From: Cyanidioschyzon merolae
Taxonomy: Eukaryota
Assembly: GCA_000091205.1 (NCBI GenBank)
Contig: AP006502.2
Reading direction: 5' to 3' (one strand)
DNA: 64,000 nt
Shown here: one piece after another, positions 11,932 through 23,200 of the stretch
Layout of the letters: each line of letters begins with the position of its first letter
Numbering within the stretch: position 1 is the stretch's first letter
The notes under the pieces: model-generated
Databases searched by the model: none
What the model saw: the letters and a program-made list of their open reading frames with translations, nothing else
Told to the model about the DNA's origin: nothing
Made by a program: the position numbers and the translations under genes

Positions 11932-13257
11932 CTACTGTGAGCCTCGCATCCACTGCTGGACGAGGGCACCAAGGCGCCGGATGCTCGCCAGCGGATGCTC
12001 GGGACCGAACCTTGCTCGTGCTGTACTGCCTTTGCTCTCGAGCGCCTGGTGAACAGCTCTTCGCCAACATCCGGAACGCAACTCCTCGATGGTGAGCTCT
12101 ACACATAGTCCCTGGAGGTCGCGACGGAGCGCCTCTTCTTCCAAGAAGAGCGGTCGCCGAACATACACCAGCGGTGTACCAGCTGCGAGACATTCCGCAC
12201 TGATCCCGTATCCGAGTTTACCGAGTACCACGTCCGCTGCCTGGATCAAGTCCGGTACATATGTCGCTGCGCTAGGATGTACGAAGCGTACCCTGGGCGA
12301 TGATGATACCGCGTCGTATTCGGTGAGCAGCATCATTCGCCAAGGCGAGCCCGGTTCCCGAATGAGGTCCACTTGTTCCAGAAACGAGTGCAACGGACAG
12401 CCTTGCTCCCCGAATAGCGTCTTACAGTCGAAACTACCAAAACAGACCAACAAAACACGGGCGGATAGCGAAATGCCCAGACGACGACGCGTTTCAGCTC
12501 TTGTCGACTTCCACGGACGCGATACAGGCCCAGCTGAGAAGCATCGACCGCCAAATGACCGCAACGGAGGCACCAGCCCTGGCGACAGCTGAACCCAAAC
12601 GGGTGCCTCAGACTCATCCATGGCCATGCGCTCGACCAGTGCCCGGTTCTGAGGCGTGTTCAGGCTCGGGATTTCTGATAGAAATTGGTCATAAATAGCA
12701 CTGAACAAGAAGTTCGTGACAAAGACGAATCGATCGGAGAGCGCAGCAGCTTTCGCGGCAGCCGCTGCAAGCGCAACGGCATCGGCAAGAATGAGCTGCG
12801 GCTGCAACCTCCGCAGCATAGCAGACTCGACTCGGATGAGTGTCTGGCGACGTTCATTGATCTCTCGATAAGCCGTCAGTGTAGCCGCTGCGTCGATCGT
12901 GAGTGCATCGCTTTGGATGCAACCAACGTCAAGCTTGACCGCGCGAACGCGCAGCTGCTCTTCAGGACGTAAGCTTTGCGGGAACTCGACGGCGTGCGTT
13001 CGGTAGGCCCCGAGGAGCAGCAGCAGCTGTGCATGAACCGCATCTGGAGACACAGGCGTGCAGAGGAGTACGCAGAACTGGTGCGTGAGCAACTCACAAG
13101 CCAAAGCCAAGGATCGAGTCAAGTGCCCCCAACCGTGACCAGAAACATAGTAGGCTACCAAGCCTCGGGCTTTGTGTAGAGCACCCCAGTCCAAGAAGTC
13201 CTGCTCGCCGTTTTCCGGGGATACCACGGAGCTTTCACGATACCCGTCCGATATCAT
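11932..13257 (-). CDS. GT-B fold glycosyltransferase-like protein, homologous to the N-terminal non-kinase domain of plant L-arabinokinase (ARA1); no GHMP kinase domain is present
   Basis: LVAYYVSGHGWGHLTRSLALACELL vs ARA1 VFAYYVTGHGFGHATRVVEVVRHLI. LDVGCIQSDALTIDAAATL vs LDCGAVQADALTVDRLASL. FVFVTNFLFSAIYDQF vs SVCVTNFSWDFIYAEY. ADVVLGKLGYGISAECLAAGTPLVYVRRPLFLEEEALRRDLQ vs SDCMLGKIGYGTVSEALSYKVPFVFVRRDYFNEEPFLRNMLE. The ARA1 sequence is recalled from memory. Confidence 0.6.
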   Translation of the reverse strand: MISDGYRESSVVSPENGEQDFLDWGALHKARGLVAYYVSGHGWGHLTRSLALACELLTHQFCVLLCTPVSPDAVHAQLLLLLGAYRTHAVEFPQSLRPEEQLRVRAVKLDVGCIQSDALTIDAAATLTAYREINERRQTLIRVESAMLRRLQPQLILADAVALAAAAAKAAALSDRFVFVTNFLFSAIYDQFLSEIPSLNTPQNRALVERMAMDESEAPVWVQLSPGLVPPLRSFGGRCFSAGPVSRPWKSTRAETRRRLGISLSARVLLVCFGSFDCKTLFGEQGCPLHSFLEQVDLIREPGSPWRMMLLTEYDAVSSSPRVRFVHPSAATYVPDLIQAADVVLGKLGYGISAECLAAGTPLVYVRRPLFLEEEALRRDLQGLCVELTIEELRSGCWRRAVHQALESKGSTARARFGPEHPLASIRRLGALVQQWMRGSQ

Positions 13258-14944
13258 AGATTGGGCGAGCAGGTCTCTGGAAGCGGCCAGAGTCTGAAAG
13301 AATGGCGCATATTCGATCTTTATGGATCATGGATCTGTCCCGCTGGTCCACGCCAGTGGGAAGCACGCTGGTCAAAGTCCCGCCCGCGCTACGCCCAAGT
13401 CGAACTGGCATAGAACAGGTCCTTTCGCACTGACGTACAAGTCCATGTTTGGGTCTCCTCTGACCGTCATCAGCGCCGGCTGCTGCGGGGCTATTTCTGG
13501 GACTGCCTCGTTTGCTTTTCTTATATCTGCGGCTTTCAATTCGCCGGTTTCCCCGGTTCTTCCATATCCGTTCATAGCAGTCGATTTCGAGATTTGATGG
13601 CAGCATTCAAATCCCAAATTCGCAGCTTCCAGTTGTTCCCGACACACTGCACGCAAAGACGCTAGTCGTGCACTACGCTTCGCTTACCCGTTTTGACTTA
13701 TTCGTGTATAGCCTTCAGTGTGCACGTCGCAGTGGCGATATCTGGCTGTGATCAGGTATTCCCATGCAGCCGCCGGACATTTTCCGCCCCTGAAGGCTGC
13801 CCTGCTGCCCGTGAACGCTTGCTTCATCGATTGGCGCATGCGTTTGACGGGTAAACAAGATGCTCCTGGATGTCGTTCTCCATAGTCGCGCCCAGTACCG
13901 CGTCCTACGATGACGGGCGCTTCTTCTAGCCGATCGTCTCGAAATGTACGCCGTCCGCTGCTAGTGCAAACGCACGCTGTCTCATGCGGTAGAGGATTTG
14001 TGGAACGCGATGTCGTCCACAATGAAACAAGTACCGAGAAGAAAACCCAGGCTGGCGACTGCGTAGAGAAAACTCGATCCGTTGGCGTTCCCGTCGAGCA
14101 TAAGCGCTGATGCATTCTCCACTGGGAGTGAGCGATGCGACGAAGCAAGTCCGAGTCCAAGACCCTATTCGATGTAAACAAAAGAGAGGGCGGCGCCTGA
14201 GCGCATATCGCGTAAGAGGTATCGAGCTGCTGTGAAATGCGGTTTCGTAGATGGCTACCAATACAAGAGGGGAATTTCGGCATTCGAACGTCATCGATCA
14301 CTTGACATGACAAGTCTGGCAACTTTGTGGCATGTGTTTGTGAAGATGTCGTCGAGCGACGGAATCGACATTGTTTGATAGTCAATTCAGCGACGCAAAA
14401 TGCTCCACTCATGTGTTGCCTTGAAACGGTACGACCGACCAACCTGAAGACCATATGATTTGACCATACTGCACATTGGGAACGAAAAACGTCTGCAGGC
14501 TTCCACCTATGCATAGGATCCATACATCAGTTCTCTTATGAACCAGTTTTTTCGAGGTTGACGCGAATCATCTTGATTCCGATAGCGTTACCAAATCCAG
14601 CGAAGAAGCCTGGACGGAGCCTCTCCGAAAAGACACCCGAGCATTCCCCAAAACTACGTATATATATATATACGTACGCTCTCCTTGCTGCATTTTGAAT
14701 CTCGAAGCTGCACATCGAAGCATCTTCGGAAAAAGATGTCAAGGCAGGAACAGAGCGACCAGTACAGTGTTACATGTGAATGCCCAATGGGTGTAGAACT
14801 CGACAGCGCAGCGCTATAGCGCTATGCCACCGATCCCGTGTTGGGAGCACTGGCTCCAGCTCCTTCCCCTATGCTCCGAATATCACATCATGCCTCATCC
14901 AGAGCTGTTTGTATTGATCTCGGCACAAATTCCGATAAAAAACG

Positions 14945-16408
14945 TTGCCTGATGCTGCAGTGGATGTGCTCGCGAAACGACGCCATGCCGTCTTGACCAC
15001 TCCTGGTACGTTGTCGTTGCCTCCGGTTTCTCAAGCAACTGCTGCGTGTAGAATGACAGCGGCTAGGCCAGTCAAAGCATTTTTATCGGTTTCGAATTGT
15101 TGGTACCTTTCATCTAGAGATCATTCCTCACGCCGCTCGACTTCTGGAAACAGCGACTTGCATCGAGCGCGTTCTCAGCAGGCAGTGCGCTTCCCTCGGA
15201 CACGTTGCCTACCGAGTCGCTGCGTTGGCCGAGTCAGACGCCACGGACTTGCCCTTGAAACGCTGCTCCTACAGTTGCAAGGCTTGGGGCCGCAGAAATC
15301 GCCCTTGGGAAGACAGCAGCTTCAAGTCCCAAACGACAGGGGCACAGACTTAGCTCCGACGCTCGCTGTTGCTTCTGGTGACGATGGCGGTTGCGGGGGC
15401 CGGATCAGCACGCCCGGTCGAGGATGGTACTATCGCTGGGGAGCTGGTGGGTACGCATCTTCGTCCGATGAAAGGGACAACGGCGATGCGGAGCACCAGA
15501 GCTTCGAGCAACCAGGACAGGAGGCTGCCGGTCACGCGAGCTCCGGTACCGGGAGTGACGCGTCCGACCACGAACAGCTGCTGCGAAAGATGAACCGCCC
15601 TGTGGAATCTGTGCCACGGGAACTCTTTACTCTAGACCTGAAAACTGCGCAAACGTACCTTGTAGCAACGGCAAGCGGCCTACCTCGGTTCCTCACCGAC
15701 CGCTTTCCCGCATGGCAAGCGAAAATGCTCGCTGATCCGAACTTTTTCTTCAAACTTGTCATGGAGGAAACCGTCGGCATGGGCCTCTGTCTGACTGGGG
15801 TCGTTCTTGCTCGTGGCGATCGTCTCATGAAAGAACTAGATTTTGTGCTCATCGACACCCTGGTGGGCGCAGCGCTCAGCTTCGTGCTCCTGTGGTTGCT
15901 CGCACCCAGTGCAACGATGCAGTCGCTTCATCAGAGACATCTATCGAGTTCGTCAAATGCAGGACCAGTGAGCGCTCTGCAACATTATTTTCGCACACTT
16001 CCATCATGTGCGTTGGCACCAGCATCGTCAGCGACGTCCTACTCATGGAGTCAACGAGCGGTTGCCTTTCTCTACAAGGGATCGCTCTTTGCAATCGCCG
16101 GTTTCATGGCCAGTGTGATTGGCACCTCCATGGGCTACGCTTTATTGGCTCTACGGAAGCGCCTCACCGGAAAGGAACCGGAAAACCGAATGCCTCCCAT
16201 TCTCATCATGAGTCTGGGTTGGGCAAGTTTCATGTTCGTTTCCGCGAATCCTCGGTACCAGGTGGTGACGGCGGCAGAGCTTTTCATTTATGAAAAGGCG
16301 TCACCTGCGGTTGCCAAAGCCAGCACGGCTATTCTGCGCACCGTAAACAGTATTGCCGGAGGTGCAACTTGGGTGCTCTGGGCTCGAGCGTTTGGACTCA
16401 ACCAGTAG
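14945..16408 (+). CDS. RETICULATA-related / DUF3411 membrane protein, probably plastid envelope; the S/R/A-rich N-terminal region may be a targeting peptide and the true start may lie downstream
   Basis: The block ADPNFFFKLVMEETVGMGLCLTGVVLARGDRLMKELDFVLIDTLVGAALSFVLLWLLAP matches the DUF3411 signature of plant RETICULATA-related proteins (ADPSFLFKV...E.V.D.....A.V..RG..F..E.E....DL.VG.V.......L.AP). Hydrophobic segments continue C-terminally. Confidence 0.55.
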   Translation: MPDAAVDVLAKRRHAVLTTPGTLSLPPVSQATAACRMTAARPVKAFLSVSNCWYLSSRDHSSRRSTSGNSDLHRARSQQAVRFPRTRCLPSRCVGRVRRHGLALETLLLQLQGLGPQKSPLGRQQLQVPNDRGTDLAPTLAVASGDDGGCGGRISTPGRGWYYRWGAGGYASSSDERDNGDAEHQSFEQPGQEAAGHASSGTGSDASDHEQLLRKMNRPVESVPRELFTLDLKTAQTYLVATASGLPRFLTDRFPAWQAKMLADPNFFFKLVMEETVGMGLCLTGVVLARGDRLMKELDFVLIDTLVGAALSFVLLWLLAPSATMQSLHQRHLSSSSNAGPVSALQHYFRTLPSCALAPASSATSYSWSQRAVAFLYKGSLFAIAGFMASVIGTSMGYALLALRKRLTGKEPENRMPPILIMSLGWASFMFVSANPRYQVVTAAELFIYEKASPAVAKASTAILRTVNSIAGGATWVLWARAFGLNQ

Positions 16409-18378
16409 TGTTCGCTCAAGAGCTTCCTCTAGAAGTAAAAGTTTTGGTCTTAGAGGGGAAGCATGTCAAGAAATGGCGGTCGAGGCGCGTTACAGCCTCC
16501 CGGTGCCACACATTGTTTTCCTCTGACTCGTCTCGGAACTCGATGTTGGCACTGCAAAGCCATTTTATGAATGTGGGCCAAGTCGGAATTTATCGCTCTC
16601 GCCCTAGCCGCTTCGAAAATTGACTGGTCTCTGTATTCTAGCGCTTTCCATGGTAAGTTGCGGGTGCTCGTCCAGAAGTGCGCTGCTAGATGCAACAGGA
16701 GACCACCGACAACGATCAGGGCTTGATTCGAAGCGGAACAGGGCGCTCACTGAGTATCCAGAGCACCTGTTTTTTTTTGAGGAAAATTGAGACGTATCAG
16801 CGCCAAGATCCACAAATACGATCGTGCGCGATTCTATTCAGAGCCTCGCATACCCGTTACAGACTTGAATGAAACACTGAACTGCTCGCCCGGTTCCCGC
16901 CATGAGCGTATTTTTCCAGACATTCTTTCGGTGTCGAGACCCCGCATTCCGAGTGCTGCCATGAACGCTTGCAGATCCATGCGTCGTTTTGAGATTCTCG
17001 GTCATTTTTTTCGGATTGGCTCTTTCGACGCTTTAGAACTGGAATTCGTCAAGTCATCGGAATCGCGATGATTCTCGACGTCCTCGTAAAAGGTTCGTAA
17101 AGTGACCAATATCCTTATCCAATACATTCCTAGAAGCCTCCGTTATTCTGCTCTGATTGCAAGCAGCATGCTCGAATCACGCATTCTTCGGGTTTTCGAA
17201 CTTTCTGTTTCGAGGCACGTCGTCGGCGCAGGAATTCATTCCGCTGGATTGACAAGGAAAAGTACACAGCGTCTTCTATTGACGCATGGTTCACAGGCTC
17301 ATGCAGAACATTCACTGAACGTCCCATGTCCAATCATCGATTCCGTTCGAAAGACAAATCGTCCACTCTTTGTGACCATCGATGAAACGGCCTTGGAAAA
17401 CAGCCTGATGCGTCTGACGGCTTATGCTCCATGAGGCTCACTTCTCTTCTGTGTGCATGGAAACGTGTCGTGGACGTGGTCATGCGTCATCGCAACGATC
17501 GCTTCCTGTCGAGCGTGCGCCACAGCTTTGCACGAAGCGGGCGTAGACGGATCGAAATATCTTGACGACTTGGCCAGTTTGTATTTTTCTTCTGGTACGT
17601 GTCTCATCAAGGACGTTCCCGTGTCTCATAGCTCCTCAGTCGAATGGAACAGCATACGACTGCTCATGCAGCCGACAGCAAAGTCGTCAATGGAATCCCG
17701 CAGAAGAAGCCCATGATCGTAGTGTCCGGCATGGAGCACAGTTACGGAGTAGCGCAACCATGGGAGCATTCCGTAGCTAACACGCGCACGTACCGAGCAA
17801 TGAAGCGAGCGTCAATGCGGTACAGGTCAGCGCTCGCAGAAGCAGGTATGGTGTACATCTGGGAACGCTTGACCAGAGCCAAATGTTACCGTTGCGAAGC
17901 ACGCGACGGAGCTACACGCAAAGAACATGAAAACGGCAAGTGAAACGCAGATCGCAACAACTGCCGGTGCTTGGAATGCGTCGAAAACAGCCGGAAGCTA
18001 CGCACTAGGCACTTGCAAGCTGCCATCAATATCCTTTGACCGCTGAAAATGCATCTGTAGGGATCCGAGCGACCAGCGTATTGAGAGCCGGAGCTCGACC
18101 AGAGGAATACCAATCCGTCGCGCAAAAAACCCACAAATGCTGGTTTTCCTGACAGCGGAAAGTGTCCCAAACGTTCGCATGTACGCTCCGCTAGTAGACC
18201 AGTTCCATTTCCCTTCGATCTTGGATCAACGGCTACTGGTACTACAAGAATCTGCACGGCAGACAAACGATTACGATTCCGAAATGCTTTGCATACCTTT
18301 CATGCGTACAGACCAAGATCCTGCTTCATTGCTAGCTCGATCCTTGCCGGCCATTTTCACCGAAACGCTCAGGGAACC

Positions 18379-19725
18379 TCAACTTGCAACATCTACGAAT
18401 GCCGGCACGCTACGCGTCCCCGTTGAGTCATCTGCATTCTCGAGTAGCTGCTTCTCTTTCGGAGACTCGCTACTCGGCGAACCGCTACTCCTCAATCGCT
18501 GTTCCGTGTCTGGGTTGCTTCCTTTAGACGACTTCGCTTGTCGTTCGGCTTTCTCAGCCGATCGCAGCCGGGCAGCGCGTCGCTTCTGTTTCTTTGTCGA
18601 CCTGGCTGCAGCGCGTTGCTGCTGTTGTTTCTCCATCTTGACTAAATCGCGTTCCCAGATGTCCGCCATCAGCTTGTAGATTCGCAACGCGGTGGTTGCA
18701 TCCTCTACGGAATCGTGACCCGGCCCGTGGGCGGTCCCCTTCTGAATTACCTGATCCAGGAGTTCTGCAGCGAGCGTTCGAAGGGACGGCGTTCGAAAGG
18801 TCCGCATGGGCAGCAGCCTCCGTAACCGCAGATAATGGGCAGTGTCCCGAATGTGTCGACGAGGATGACTCAGTTGCAGAACCGTGAGATCCTTGCGAAG
18901 CTCGTGACCCACAATGATCCGACCTTTCATTAACGAGGCTACTGCGCGTTGTGCCTCCGCAAACGGGACGCAGCTCGGATCTTGCAAATGATGAGGCTGG
19001 ATCCCACTGTAGGGAGTACGAAAGTCAACCACTCGGGTATCCACCTGCACAAAGCGATCATAGAGCACGGCCTCATCGTAGTCAACGACGGATATGCGGG
19101 CAAGTGCATCCGTGGACCCGCCTGGGCCTATGCCCACAAACTCACCGTCAAGAGCGATAATCGAGCCCAAAGGTGCTGCTCGCTCCTGTGGATAGAGTCC
19201 AAGAGGTCCGGCTTTTCGCAAAGGCTCCTTTTCTGGAGCGTGCAGCTCTGCTCGGACGTTTTCCAAAGAGGAACCCTCCGTGTCGTTTGGTTGTTTCGTT
19301 CCATCCGTGCGAACGCTTGTCGCTACTCGGTCAGAAGAGCGGTGGCGTTCAGGCGATGGCTTGACCTGAGCTGGACTTGCAGCTGGCACGCTTTCGCCAA
19401 GTGATTGGTTGCTAGTGCCCGAGTCTCCCAAGTTACCGATTGCATCACTGTTTTGTTTGGAGACGGAACTTGTTGCAGAAGACCGATGCAGTTGTCGTGG
19501 GGCCTGTCCCGTATTCAGCTGTTGCTTCAGCGCTCTCCAGTTATCGTCCGCAGTTGGCAGACGCTTCTTGCGCCGACCTCGTGGCTGCCCGCTCTCTACT
19601 TGCGGTCGTTCAAGGTCGTCTGCGCTTGCTTCCACTTGCTGGCTACTGCCCGTGAGGCATTTTACCCCCAGGTCCTCTTCGGACACCGTCTTGCCGCTGT
19701 TCTTTGCTGACTTGGACACCGTCAT
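18379..19725 (-). CDS. REX4: RNA exonuclease 4 (REX4/REXO4-like) DEDDh 3'-5' exonuclease; the N-terminus is basic and low-complexity, consistent with a nucleolar protein
   Basis: IIALDGEFVGIGPGGSTDALARISVVDYDEAVLYDRFVQ corresponds to the Exo I motif (ALDCEMVG...) of REX4. HELRKDLTVLQLSHPRRHIRDTAHY is the Exo II region. HDSVEDATTALRIYK is the Exo III motif (H-x4-D). The N-terminus is lysine/arginine-rich. Confidence 0.75.
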   Translation of the reverse strand: MTVSKSAKNSGKTVSEEDLGVKCLTGSSQQVEASADDLERPQVESGQPRGRRKKRLPTADDNWRALKQQLNTGQAPRQLHRSSATSSVSKQNSDAIGNLGDSGTSNQSLGESVPAASPAQVKPSPERHRSSDRVATSVRTDGTKQPNDTEGSSLENVRAELHAPEKEPLRKAGPLGLYPQERAAPLGSIIALDGEFVGIGPGGSTDALARISVVDYDEAVLYDRFVQVDTRVVDFRTPYSGIQPHHLQDPSCVPFAEAQRAVASLMKGRIIVGHELRKDLTVLQLSHPRRHIRDTAHYLRLRRLLPMRTFRTPSLRTLAAELLDQVIQKGTAHGPGHDSVEDATTALRIYKLMADIWERDLVKMEKQQQQRAAARSTKKQKRRAARLRSAEKAERQAKSSKGSNPDTEQRLRSSGSPSSESPKEKQLLENADDSTGTRSVPAFVDVAS

Positions 19726-20292
19726 TGCTGTAACCTGAACTAGGACTCCTACGTTTGCAGGTCGTGTCCGTTACGTTTCGGGAGCGGACCTCCCCAGGGG
19801 ACGCACGCCTCCTCCTGTACCTCCAGGTTGGCACGCGGGTGACAAATGCGTTCTCGACAAGTTGTACTAAAATTAAGGTTTGCAGAGACACTGCTCCACC
19901 TGAAAGAAGCGCGTTTCCGGACGACGCTGCAACGTTAGGTCCGAAATAGAAGCCTGTTCGATGCGAGAGTTCGCACAGCGGATTGCAGAGACAATCCTCC
20001 TCCCGAAAGGTGCGCTTTTTTCGACACAACGCTGCAACGTCCAGTCGAACCAACAGTGCCAACGACAGTGTTCAGGGTAGAGCGTGTCTGCAGACTCGAA
20101 GTCTGCAGCTGTTGCACAACCGACCCTGCTGACCTGCTGACAAGCGTTGCGTTGCGTTGGAGTGCGCCCCGCATCTTCTCGAGGCGTTCGAGACGAAAGC
20201 CGTGTTCCCGTTCGAAATGTCAGTGCTAAAGGCAAAGACAGCACGATGAATCAATGAATTAACTTGACAGTGTGATGTGGAAAGTCTAAAAA

Positions 20293-23200
20293 TTGAACGT
20301 CGCGCGTTCCATGACGCTTTCTCTGGAGTGCTTGGGGGTGCACCTGCCTTGCGAGAGCGTAGAGGTAGCGTTGGTTGCACCGGCGGGCCCTTGCCACTGT
20401 TGGGTGAGCACTAATCGAGAGACCGTGCAGCAATGGTACCGGGAGTCGGCTGAGGGTCTAGATCGTTCATCAACGGGTTCAGAAAGCCCTGTTGGCGTGC
20501 AGAACAAAGACCGAAGCGTTTGGCGGATCGTGGCTGAGTTCCGCGCTCCTGGCAGAGTCGCCTTTCTAGTACACCTGGGCAAACACGGTCTGCTTGCTCA
20601 GACGGCAGACTGCAAGTTCTTGTTCGTGGCTGGTCACTGGCGCAGCGTGAAACTCCCAACATGGAACGAACGCATAACCGCTGTCACAGTGGTCTCAGGG
20701 AGTCTCCGTTCACTGGCGGATGAGCCGGAGAGTCGCACGTCGCCTACCAGGTTTGAGCGAACGCCCCAGGCCTCTACGTCTTCGTTGCACCTTTTGCTTG
20801 GTACGGCGCAGGGAACGCTGTATAGCTGTTTGGTGCCGCAGTTTAAGATGACTGCCATCTGGAGTACAACAACGGCTTGTTCCGGGGCAGAGCCGATCTG
20901 CGGGTTGCGCTATCTGCATGCTGCTCGTACGGGTTCTCCGGGCCACGAGCTTCTGATCCTCAGCACACCAACGAGGTTGTATTACGTCATGGATCCCTTC
21001 TCGGTATCGGAGAGCGCTCGCGAGCGGCTCAACTTGGATCGCTTCATGGAGACGGCGCCGTGTGCATCCGCAGACGCAACGATGACCGCAGCAGGCATGG
21101 TGGAAAGCATCCCGCAGAATAAGATCGGATCCCTCTTTGGGGACTGGAACTGGTTAAGTCGCACCGGTATCTTGCACTTTCAAGTGAATCGCTCGGCGCT
21201 AGCGGCTGGGCAGTTGCCAGTGGTCTGGGAAAAATCCTGGATCGACTTGTCTGGGATTTTCTCTGCATCGAAGGAACCATATGCGGTCTTTGGGGCAGTC
21301 GACATAGAGCCTGGTTGCGTTCTTCTTGGAATCCAAAGTGCTTCTGCCGCCGATGGTGCAGTATTTCCAGCGCAAGGCGAGCGAGCCGTAGTCAGCGACG
21401 ACAATGAACCGTCGCTAGTGACCAGTCTGCAGGAATGTTCGATCACTGAGCACGCTCCGACACCAAGTCGAAACGCTGCACCAGAAGAGTGTTTCGTAGA
21501 GGAGCGTGATTCAGGAGTACGGGTGCTTCCCAGCTCGGAGCGTGGTCACACACGTGGAAGAGATTCTGCATCAGAGGCGTGTACCTCAGATGAGCTGCAC
21601 CCAAACACACGAGCATATAGCGCTTTGGCTTTAGAAAGTGTGACTTCATCGGTGGACCAACTTGATCGCTCTTTAAGCGCAGAGACGGCAGAGATCAGTC
21701 CCGGTGACTGCATGAACATCACTCATGTTGAGCGTTCTTCAGTCTTGCCTTCGGTTCGCGATAGCAACGCCGCATTTGAATCAGAGACCTTCGCATTCAC
21801 GCAAACACCCGCTGCGGATCCACAGCTCCCAGAGGCCGTGTCAGCTGATTCATCGGTATCCTGCGCAGCGTTCGAGCACGCCTTGCCCTCAACGGGGACG
21901 AGGACAGAGCAGGTGTCGCTGGACGCTCGCAGCGAGGCAGCATCAACGGATGTCGACCCGGTGCTTGGATTCATTGCTCTGTACTCCCTGGTAGATGGCC
22001 GTTTGCGCGCTCGCATGGCCGTGCGAAAAGAGCACGGACGACCGCTAGCGCTTCTACCTGGTGGACTGCTCGTGACGAGTCGCGCAACGTACTGTTGTCG
22101 TGTCTCGGGCGACGTACTGAAGGCGGTCCAAGAAGCGTTCGTCGAACGATACCGCCTTGCGGAAGCGCTAGCAAACTGCAAAACGACCGAACAAAAAGAT
22201 GTAGTGTTTCTTCAGTACGCAGAGAAACTTTTCAGTGAACTGGGTGGAATCCACGAGGCAGCCACGGAGGCGGATCTACAAGCACAACGAATCCGCAAGC
22301 AGCAAATTGCTTTCTACCTCGCTCGCTGCCGCTCTTTACAAGTCCAGGATGCACTGAAACGAATGATTGAACATTGCGCTGTCGATGCCGAGATGGTACT
22401 CGCCTACGTCGAGCAACGTGTTCTTGTAGAAGAGGACACGCTCAGTACAGGCGCCCTCGAATCGTTACAAAAGGCGCTCCAAGACTATCGCAGCGGTGCT
22501 GATGCGGAAACGTTTTTATCGCAACCCTGTGTATTACGAGACCAGTCAGCGACGGATGCTATGTACGGGCGCCTCTATCGGCTGATGAAACCGGGCTCCA
22601 CAGCGCAAGTTCAGTTACGAGAGCAGATCTTGCAGCGCGCTCTGGTCTTGCCCCCGATTGCGGAACGAAAGCATGGATCATTTTCAAATAACGAACATGA
22701 GGCGATCAAGTTGCTGCAGTGGGCAGCAGTGCTGCTCGCTGAGCAAGGCAACGAGGCAGATCTGTTCGCCCTTATTCAGAAGCATGCCCCTGCGGTGCAT
22801 GAAGATCGCTCGTTCTCAGGTTTTCTGTTGTGGCTGGTCAACCGATACGGTCTGTGGCACGTGCACATTGAGTTGCTCTTGATGCTGGACAAACAGGTCG
22901 GGTCCGACGCGGGTTATCGTGAGGACGCCTTGGATGTTGCTTTCGAGCATGCCGCAGAAATGGCCCTGGAGGCGAGTCCTCTTCTGGAGCGCCTCCTGGA
23001 TCGGATTTGTGGTGAGGATCGGGCACTCTGGCGCCAAGCGTTGGACCGAGCGCCCGCCTCGTGTCGCACTGCAGTTTGGAGCCGGGCCCTTCTCGAACGC
23101 CGCGTGGTCACGCTTGGTGAAGCGCTCGACGATCGCAGCACCACAAGGACGACTTCGCCCGTGGACTGCCCGTTGCCGGCGCAGGCGCTCAGCCACTTGT

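Noticed and set aside
13684-14523. 279-aa minus-strand ORF
   Set aside because: Its composition is dominated by R, S, C and H with no recognisable domain or hydrophobic pattern. It is probably a chance ORF in GC-rich intergenic DNA, so it was not reported as a gene.
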